The position numbers were made by a program, and so were the translations under genes. This document shows, piece after piece, positions 20,534 to 30,900 of a DNA stretch of 58,568 nucleotides; the stretch's first letter is position 1, and each line of letters opens with the position of its first letter. The notes under the pieces are model-generated. The model searched no databases, was not told the origin of the DNA, and worked only from the letters and a program-made list of their open reading frames with translations. The DNA comes from Christensenellaceae bacterium. GTDB taxonomy: Bacteria > Bacillota > Clostridia > Christensenellales > DTU072. The stretch spans positions 1-58,568 of the forward strand of contig JAITQU010000114.1 in NCBI GenBank assembly GCA_031288735.1, in the 5' to 3' direction.

Positions 20534-21235
20534 ATGATAGACAAATGCAGTCACTGTTGAAGTGAGAAATACGTATAAAAATGGGAAGGCAGGAGGAAAG
20601 CAAAGGTATATATATAAGGAATGTGGACGTTCATTTGGATGAGGCAAACACAAGCTATCAGAGAAAATATTTGCAGTGCAGCTATACAATAACAATGTAT
20701 GAATAAGAAAGATAGGATTCTCTTGTGGAGGAAGTCATTCATTAGTAATAAAATGTATAAAAATCTGAGTAGTAAGGTAAACAGAGAGAGAAAAGTGGAA
20801 AGAAAAGAACCTGATATAATAGAGCTCGATGAGATATATGTATATATAAAAAAACAAGAAAAGGAAGAGAAAAAGAGTTTATTTAAAAAACTTAAATGCC
20901 TTTATGCATATATGTATAAAGGCTAAAATGACAAAAGAATATTGTTGTAAGAGTGTAGTCAAAAGCAGCTTTAAAGAATATGTAGTTAACAATAACATAC
21001 CAAAAGTGATAGAAAAATTAAAATCTGGTCTGATTATGTAAAAAAGAATGTGATGCGCCAAGACAATACATGTTAGAAATGGAGGGAGACCTTTTAGATA
21101 GAGACTGACCAAGCAGATCAATCAAACAACTGTATGGTGCTGGAAAGCGAAAGCGTTTGGTATTGAGTGATGCGGAAAAGGTGTTAAGAAAACATCATGT
21201 AAATTGTACAAAGATCAACGAAAGTGAACTGACCG
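20534..21235 (+). pseudogene. IS1-family transposase pseudogene
   Basis: A GGGAGG RBS precedes ATG 20534. The frames read VKNGKAGGKQRYIYKECGRSFG (InsA-like zinc finger), an HTH-like IRKIGFSCGGSHSLVIKCIK, then EPDIIELDEIYVYIKK. More distal remnants are SDYVKK... and ...KAKAFGIE. Many in-frame stops are present. Confidence 0.55.
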
Positions 21236-21599
21236 AAAAGGCGTCGATAATTTAAAAATTCGCTAAAACATGGATTCCACATTTGTCCATGGATAAATGC
21301 GGAGATAGGAACTTGTAAGAGACCGCACAACGAACGGCAAAGGCAGGAAAAGAGTACAAAACAGGCTTCAACAGAGCAACTTGGGAACTTGCATGAAGTA
21401 AAGAGAACGCAGGGGCGGGTTAGTCTGTAGTAGCGAAGAAGAGCAGGAAACTGCTTGGAGCGAAGACGAAAAATAAGTCTTGTGGTGGAAACCAAAAGAT
21501 AAGTAACAAAAGCTGGATGAAGGGAGACTTTCATGTCCAGTTGTGCGTCCAGAGAAGGCCGGAATGTTCAGCGAGATGATAGTTTTCGCCGAGACACAA

Positions 21600-21906
21600 G
21601 TAGAAGTCTCGTAACTAAGGTAGCAATATTAAGAGAGATCGAAGTACTGAAGCCTACTGAAGAAACCATTTCAGAGTAGGTAACTCTAGCAGATGTTTTC
21701 GGGTACATTAAGGATTGGATGGAAAAGAAGGCAAGACGCCATCTGATGAAAAATAGAAAGAGAAAAGACTGCGGCTGAGAAAGAAGTGGTATTCGAAGAT
21801 TCACAACTGGGGTCAGAGTTACAATTAGTTGCTTATTATTTCTAACAAAAATTAGCAATGCAAAAAGGTAACTTTAACAACTTTACACAATCTTTTTTAC
21901 AGTCCC
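21600..21906 (+). mobile_element. Second IS256-like 3' end fragment (transposase C-terminus and right terminal repeat)
   Basis: The segment 21781-21906 aligns with 18020-18116 (...aagtggt.t.c.aa.attca.aa.tgg.gtcaga.ttacaat.agttgcttattatttc..acaaaaatta.caa...ctttacacaatcttttttacagtccc). The frame reads KEGKTPSDEK*KEKRLRLRKKWYSKIHNWGQSYNQLLII. Confidence 0.6.
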
Positions 21907-21987
21907 GATTTTTCAAACGACCTTTTACAAACTGCTTTTTCCTTTCATGCGTTTTTTCTGATTTTGTACCATAAAGGGGTAGCGTTA

Positions 21988-24900
21988 ATGATTTATTGTG
22001 ATTTGCGTGCACAAACAATAGACATACTACCGCTAACACAGTTGCAGCAAGAAATGTATGCCTCCATTTCACTTGGCCTCTGTGATTACAAGGAACAAAT
22101 ACATATTAATCTTAAACAAACTCCAGATTGTGATATTTTACGCCAAGCACTTGAAAATGTTGTTTCAAGTCAACCTGCATTGAGAAGTGTTTTTCGTCAA
22201 GTCACATCTAAAAAGCCTACACAGATTGTATTAAAGGATATAATACTTCCGTTTTATGTAGATTGCGATCCTCCTGAATTAGACGTAACTTCAGAACCTT
22301 GGAATCTATCGGTTAGTACAGCTAGAAACAGATTGTCTTTGCTGTATAACCATATTGTGATGGACGGTTGGAGTATGGCAATTTTATTTAAGCAGCTTTT
22401 TTCAGGATATGAAAGTATTTATTCTGGGGAAACATGGAATATTCAGTCCTCATCCACAATGCGAACACTTTTTTCCATACGAAAGAATAGAGATACTGCA
22501 AAAAATGAAGTGTTTTGGCGTGATATTCTTTCAAATTGTTACCCGACACTACTTAGCGACAATATTTGTTCTATAGACAGTTCGAAAGAAGAAAGTTATA
22601 AATGTTCTGTACCTCAAGAAATCACCCAAAAACTTTTCAATAAAGCAAAAGAGCTGTGCGTCACCCCATCAGTTTTGTTTTATGCAGTATGGGCAATATT
22701 GCTTGGTTCGTTTACAGGAAGTAAAAAAGTTTGTCTAGGTGTGTTACTTTCTGGTCGTGGGAATAAAAATGTTTCTTTTGACACAATTGGAATGTATGTT
22801 CAGTCTATTCCTCTTGTTACAAATCTCGAAGGTGATTTTTCAGACATTTGTCATGAAATTTCATGTTTTCTCAGATGTCCAGAAGTCAACGCTTTTGAAG
22901 CAGGTGAAGACGCACTTATTTCAAGCGGATTTTCACGTCGACAAGAATTATTTGACACATTGGTAGCAGTTGAAAATTATCCATTGGACGCAACGGAAAC
23001 GAGTTGGCAAGCTTTAAAAATCAATTCATATGACTATTATGAACGCCCTTCTTATCCCTTTACTTTGCAAATTCGAATGGGTAATACGACAGATCTGATG
23101 CTAACATCAACTAGAGATGAACTATTCGGCAATTTGAAGTTAGTTTTAAATTGTTATGAAGGCTTTTTACAGCAAATAGCAAATGGAGTTACAGAATTAT
23201 CTGAGCTGAAAATTTGTAATGTTTTCAACGAAGAAGGTTTTTCTATACCCTTCTCAACACCTTCTACTTTAGATAGTCTTATACGAGAAGGGTGTTTTAC
23301 TGGCGGTGACAAAATCGCGATTTCTGATGGTGATGAAACTTGGACGTACCAAGAACTTTTGGAACAGGCAGAATGTTGTGCAAAAGGGCTTGTATCACTT
23401 GGTGTAGTACCTGGTGACTCGGTTGGAATTTGCATGGAACGTAGTGCCAGACAGCTTATAGCTGTTTATGCAGTCATACTGGTTGGTGGGATTTATGTAC
23501 CATTTTCCGATTCTATCCCAGCAATCCGAGCGAATGATATGATAGTGCAAGCCGGTATACAGCGTGTAATTTGTCATACCTTACCTAATGATTGGCAAGT
23601 AGAACCTGTTTTGTTCGACGATTGCTTTAAGTATCCTGAAATACTCCTTCCAAATATTTCCAAAGATTCTAGTAGAACTGCATATATCCTGTTTACTTCT
23701 GGAACTACTGGTCGACCAAAGGGCTGTATGGTTAGCCATAATTCTTTATATAATCGATTACTTTGGAATTGCATACATTTAGGTTTAAGACCGGAAGAGC
23801 GGCAACTTTATAAAACACCTATAACATTCGATGTTTCTCTGATTGAAATTTTTTCAATCTTTGTAGGACGATTTACGCTTTACGTACTACCTCAGGGAAA
23901 CGAAAGCAGAGCAGATTGCCTTGTTGAAACCATTAAAAAAAATAAGATTACATATCTTCATTTTGTACCGTCTATGTTACATACTTTTTTAGGTTACCTA
24001 GACGCTTTTGAACAAGAAAAGTGTCTTGAAACAATTCGTATAATGGTTTGCAGTGGTGAAATTTTACCGTCATCTCTTGTAAAAAATCTTCTGCAGAGAA
24101 CAATTTGCAAAAATATGCAAATGTACAATCTTTATGGACCTACAGAAGCATCCGTTGATGTCAGTGTTCATTCCTGTACTGTAGATGAACTCTTGCCCGA
24201 AACGCCGATTGGTTTACCGATTTGGAACACCGGACTGCGGGTTTTGGATCTGTGGTATCGTTCATTACCCAATGGTATTTGCGGAGAACTGTATATTTTT
24301 GGCAGTAATTTAGGGCAGGGTTATGTAAATAACCTAGAGCAAACAGCAGCTAATTTTCTAATATTACCAGATGGAAAAAGAGCGTATCGTACTGGTGATA
24401 TTGCATATCGATTGCTGAATGAAGAACTTGTGTTGATTGGACGCCGAGACGATCAGATAAAATATAACGGTGTGCGTATCGAAATTTCTGAAATTTATGA
24501 AACAATGATGGAAAGTGGTATGGTTAAAGGAGCCGCCACTTTGCTTTATAAGGGAAATCCTGACCGTTTGATTGCTTTTTACGTTGGTGAAAAGGAAAAT
24601 GAACAAAATCTTCGTAAGTATTTGTCCAGTCGGATACCTTCTCATATGCTACCAAGCGACTATTGTAAAATTGACTCACTGCCCAAAACTGCCCATGGAA
24701 AGCTGGATAAAAACTATCTTTTAGAGCAATTTAACTTGCATAATCACTTAAGGAAAGAAATAAATTTTCAGTACAATGAAAACAATGAAATAGAACGTAG
24801 TGTAGCTGAAATTTGGTGTCAATTAATTGAAACAGATAGAAAATTTTTACCTGAAGATAATTTCTTTGCTTTTGGAGGAACATCACTCCTGCTAATTCGT

Positions 24901-27900
24901 ATGCAAATTGAAATCCGTAAGCGATGGAAAGTAGAACTTCCAGCGCATCTTATCTATAAATCTCCTCTTTTGGGACACATATGCAATTTAATTCAAACAG
25001 CTTATACCGGACAAGCTATACAAAAGGCAACAAAAAATTCTGTTTCTATATTAAATACCGCACAAGAGACTATTGCTAAATTTCAATTTTTAAATCCAAG
25101 CAACACGGCCTATAATATGCCCATTTGCTTCCGCCTTTTACCTTCTGTACGCGCTCAAGATGTTCTTGGGCATATTTCTCAAATGATAAAAGAGAATCAT
25201 TGGCTACGACTTACGGTTAAGTCTACAGAAAAAGGCCTTTTAGCAGACACAGTGGAATACACACAACCCCATTGGGAAGAATCTCATTGTACTTCGAGTG
25301 ATATTCTAGAGCGAATTTCCAGTTTTGTGCGTCCATTTTCACCTGACAAATTAATGATACGTGGTGCAATCCTTCGGTGTGAACAGGAAGAATATGTTTT
25401 ACTTGATTTGCATCATTTGCTGTGTGATCAGGCAGTTTCACAGTTTTTAGTTGAATCTTTACTTAATCGAATGGATGGAAATATTAAGCCGCTTGAAGTT
25501 CCTGTTTTTAAATCTGAAATGCTGCTATCAAGTGGCGACACTTCTCCTAAAATATTCCCAGCTACCAATGGAAAAGTTCTTGATCAAATCAAGACAAATC
25601 ACCCAAATCGACTCGGCCAACTAAAGAGAAAAGGTTTTTGCTTTTCTGTGAAAGAAAATCAGATGGTTTATGATGCTTGTGCACAATATGGCGTTAGCGC
25701 TTTTTTAGTATTATTTACAGGTTTTTTCATGTTTTCTTCTCGTATTGCTGATAGTAATAATTTAACAATAGGTACAAATACTACATCTGATACGCTGCAA
25801 TCTGCTGCTATGAGTCTACGTGTTTTACCGATACAAATGCAATTTAATTCTTCTGATACTTTTGAAACGTTACTTATGCAACTGAATAAAGCTTTTGCCA
25901 ATGCTTTAGCATACATGGAGGGTTTTAGTCTTGGACAATTTGATGTAATGTTTGTACGGGAAGAATCGCCCTTCAACAATGATAGATGGAAAAAATATTT
26001 CCATGAAGTTTCTTACATAAATACGACAAGCAAGTTGGGTTTGACTTTGTTTTACAAGGAAATAGGTAAAGGCTTTACTTTTTCTTTTGATTATGATGCA
26101 GGGCTGTTTGATTCACTAACAATACAGAATTTTGTAGAGAGTTACCGGTTTTTACTTTTCGAGGGATTAACCCATCCAAAACAATCTATATCTGAATTTC
26201 AAACTATGCCACAAGAACAGCAAATATCGCACACTAGTTGCCGTGGTTTAAGTACGCCCTTACCTAATCAAACTATTCAAACTATATTTTTGGATTGTTG
26301 TAAAAAAAATCCTAATGCAATCGCAATCTATGATAAAGAAAATTGGAGCTATCGAAAACTGTTAACGCTAGCATCAAAAATTGCTGCATCGCTTATTGAG
26401 CGTGAAGATATAGGTAATTTGATCGGAGTTCTACTGCCGCCCTCAGCAGAATATTTGGTTACTGTATTTGGCATTCTTCTTGCAGGAAAAGCATTTTTGC
26501 CTTTAGATATACAAAATCCAACTCAGCGAAATGCAGCGATTCTAAAGGATAGCGAAGTTATTTTGTGCGTAAGTAATCAAGGCATAAAATTCCATACTAT
26601 TTGTTGCCTTACCGTAGAAGAACTTTCTTCACATACATTGCCAGTACAATGCCAAGGGAATATGAATGATAACGTTTATTGTATTTACACTTCAGGTAGC
26701 ACAGGTAAACCAAAAGGTTGCGTGATAAGCCAAACAAATGCATTAAACTACCTGCAATGGGCAAACAGTTTCTACCTAAATAACAAAAAGGGATGTTTTG
26801 CATTTTTTACTTCACCTGCTTCGGATATGACCATTACCTCTACATTACTTCCTATAATGTTTGGACATAGTGTTGTTATATATCCGCAAAGCGCGCGGTC
26901 CATTTTAGATGCATCAAATGATGCTCGGGTCACAGTGCTAAAAGCAACCCCTAGTCATTTAAATTTAATCAGAGAAAAAAGAATGTCTTCGATTCAAACA
27001 ATAATTGTAGGCGGAGAGCAACTTACAAGTGCTCTTGCCGCAAATTTATCTAGTCTTTGGAAAAGTCCGCCAGATATATATAATGAATACGGACCAACTG
27101 AGTCAACAGTAGGTTGTATGATTTACAAATATAACCCAAAAGATCCTTGGGCAGCAGTTCCTATTGGTACCGCAATTGACAATATGCAGATATCTATTTT
27201 AGATAGCAAGGAGCGTCCTTGCATACCAGGTGTTTCTGGGGAACTTGTTTTACAAGGTCGAAGTGTTATAGCTGGATACCTTAATCAATCAACTAATACT
27301 GAAGAACGGTTTGCTCAGTTGTTAGATGGTACTTGGCAATACAAAACGGGTGATTTTGCTCATATGTGTGCCGATGGACGGATTATTTATGAATCCAGGA
27401 GGGACAATCAATTTCAGTTAAGCGGATATCGTGTGGAATTGGGTGAAATTGAACAGGTTGCAAAAGAGACTGGAGGCATTGAAGAAGCTTGTGCAATAAT
27501 CCATGAAAATCAAGAAGGCAATAGTAGACTTATACTTTATTGTGTGACTAACTCTACAGAATATCGTGATGAAGTTCAACTCAGAAAGATACTATTTCAA
27601 AAAGTACCTCGCTATATGATTCCTGGCCAAATCGTGTTTTTGGAGCATCTCCCGCTAACTTCTAGTGGAAAAATTGATCGTAATATTCTTATTAAGAACA
27701 CAGTTATAGAAGGGATGCCATCGGATAATACTGTCCGTTTTTTAAGTACTTGTTGGAGAAAAATTCTTGGAAACTCTAATTTTACTCTCAATGATGGTTT
27801 TATGGAAGCTGGAGGCAATAGCCTTTCTATTGTTGCCCTCCAACAAGAAATTTCCGTACAATATCCAGAAATTACCGTAGAGAATTTATTTTGCTATCCA

Positions 27901-30900
27901 TCTATTAATGCTCTTGCGAAATATCTTGAAAACAATGGTCAAAAGCAAAATATAGTCAATGAAGCGTACAGGGGAGAAATCGTCATAACAGGTGTGGCTT
28001 TTTCTCTGTGTGGTGCGGCAGATTTGCTTTCACTAAGAAACGTTTTTTCGTCTCAATACAGTCAGATTGGCTACCCTAATTCTCGTCGCCGCAAAGATAC
28101 CAAAACAGCGCTTTTAAATATGGGAATGCAAGATAAACTCTACCGTTTTGGTATGGCGGCGTACCTAAGCGATATTGATTTGTTTGATAATGATTATTTT
28201 CGTATTGGAAAAGATGAAGCAAATGCGATGGACCCCGCGCACAAGTTATTGCTAACTATAGCAGATCGCGCTTTTACCGATGCAAATTTTGGACACGATT
28301 TTAACGGAAAAAATAGTGCAGTAGTTTTTGGAGCACCAGAGAATATTGGATATCAAGATTACGTTACTCGTTGTTACCCGAATCTAAGTCGTGCTGCTAT
28401 GCTAAACCGAGTTGGTTCCAGCATAGTCGGTAGAATACAGCATTTTTACAATCTGACAGGTCCGGCTTATCTTATAGATAGTGCATGTTCATCAGGACTT
28501 TCTGCTCTTTATAACGCTTGCGCTATGATACGTGCTGGAGATTGCGATTCAGCCCTTGTTGGTGGAGTTAATTTGTTAAACCCACTGGATATTTCTGGAG
28601 AACAAAAACCAGAAATTCTTTCTCATCGTCATCATGCTAATACTTTTGCAGCAATAGCAGACGGTACGGCAAGAGGAGAAGGTTGTATCTGTTTGGTTTT
28701 AGAAAAGAAAGAAGATGTCGAACGAGCAAATCGAACATTTTATGCCGAGGTAATAGGTGGTGCCACTAATAACGATGGATTTTCAGCCAGCGTCACAGCA
28801 CCAAACGGTAGTGCACAAGTTCATCTTATTCGATCTGCTATGAAAAATGCTGCTATTAAGCCATCGGATTTTGGTCTCATAGAAACTCATGGAACTGCTA
28901 CCCAGTTAGGAGACAGTGTGGAACTTAAGGCTCTTGGTGATGTGTTTTCAGAAAGAATAGGGCGAGGCAAATGTGCTTTAAGTGCGGCAAAAACAGTATA
29001 TGGCCATTTGGATTCAGTTTCAGGGTTGCTGGGTGTGATAAAAACTATTCTTTCTTTATACTATCGTGAACTTTATCATTTTATTGGTGTAGACATTCCA
29101 ACTGAGCGGTTTGACTTTATCGAGTCACATTTTTATATGCCAGATCAAGTAATACCTTTTCCTAAAAACTGTAGTGATGATCACATTTGTGGTATTAGTA
29201 GTTTTGGCCTTAGTGGTACCAATGTACATATGATTTTACGACAAGGGAATCGTACGTCTGAGGAAAAAGTAAAAGTGCAACAACATCAGAAATTAAAACG
29301 TTGCTGGTTACCAGATGAGCCAGAACATCGATTTGTAGGAGATAAAGTCCAAGGGAAGACACAAATTCAAACGAGGCAAACTTGTGAAGAAATTGATAGG
29401 GAACTGTCTGAAAAAGTGGCTCAACTTAATAAAGTAAATGAAGTTTCTTACAATATGCCTTTTTATGAAATGGGTTTTGATTCGGTTTCTATAGTTCAAC
29501 TTCGAATTTTTATTCAGTCAAATTATGGATTTGAGTTACCTGTTTCGCCACAAGACACTATTTCTTCAATTGCCGATGAAGTTTTTCGAAAATCAGAAAA
29601 GAATCCATCTGAGTCAAAAAAGCGGCAGCACAAGAATAAAGTGATTACATCGGTACTAAACACAATGTTTTATGAAAATTGGGAAGACTACCAATTTCGT
29701 GTATTGGTATCTGATTTTGCTAGAGATTATGTCAAAAAAACTCGCCTTTCGCGGGAGCGAATGTTGGATGAAAAGTTAGAGTGGGCAAATGGACGATTTA
29801 TTACTGGTCAGACAAAAGGGCTCGATGAGCTTTCTTACCCCATTATAGCAAGTAGAGGCATGGGGTCTGAGATGTGGGACATTGATGGAAATTACTATAT
29901 TGACTATGCTATGGGGTTTGGTGTCCATTTTTTTGGATACAATCATCCTAAAATTGAAAGTGCTGTTGTCAAGGAAATGCAAAACGGCCCAGTGTTAGGA
30001 GCATTGATGAATACTCCATTTCAAGTAGCAGAAAAAATTAGCAATTTAACAGGAATTGAACGAGTATCTTTTTGTAGTTCTGGGACAGAAGCGATGATGA
30101 ATTTACTACGAATTGCTCGAGCTGTCACGAGTCGTAATTGTGTTGTGATGTTTGAGGGATCTTTTCATGGAAGCTTTGATCCGTTGTTTGTCATGAAAAA
30201 TGAATTAGATGATTCCTTTCATCCGCTACCCCGCAGCATGGGTACACCAATAAGCTATATGGACGATATTGTCATGCTACCATACGGTGACGACGTTGCA
30301 TTAGAATATATCAGAAATCATGGAAGCGAATTAGCCGCTGTACTGGTAGAGCCGGTTCAAAGTAGAAATCCTGCACTACGTCCGGCAAAATTTTTACACA
30401 CATTACGCAAAATCACACAAGAAAACGGAATTCTGCTAATTTTTGATGAAGTTATTACTGGTTTTCGAAGTGGTACAGCGGGTGCTCAGGGTTATTATGG
30501 TGTACAGGCCGATTTGGTTGCCTATGGAAAGATAATTGGCGGTGGTTATCCCATAGGTGTGTTTGGCGGAATGGCACGTTACATGGACCTTTTGGATCAT
30601 CGAGGCAGTTTGAGGCCGACAGGCGCTGGTCATACTTTAGTTGGAAATGGCGGCACATTTCACGCCCATCCTACCAGTATGGCAGCAGCTTCAAAGGTAC
30701 TTGATATATTTGAAAAAGACGGAGAATCCTTATGTGCTGAAGCTAATGCAAAAACCGAACATCTAGCTATACGGCTCAACGAATTTTTATTGCGTGAAAA
30801 AACTGGAATACAGATAGAGCATTTTTGTTCTCAGTTTATCTTTACAGGTGGAGAAGCAAGAGCACTTCGACTACTACAATATTTATTGATTTATAATGGA

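Noticed and set aside
21240-21600. Possible group II intron RNA fragment (GAAA-rich helices, gtagtagcgaag..., GTGCG at 21543)
   Set aside because: The impression rests only on sequence flavour. I found no domain V/VI consensus and no reverse transcriptase/maturase ORF. The flanks are explained by IS1-like and IS256-like remnants. I left it as unclassified debris; an Rfam Intron_gpII scan would settle it.
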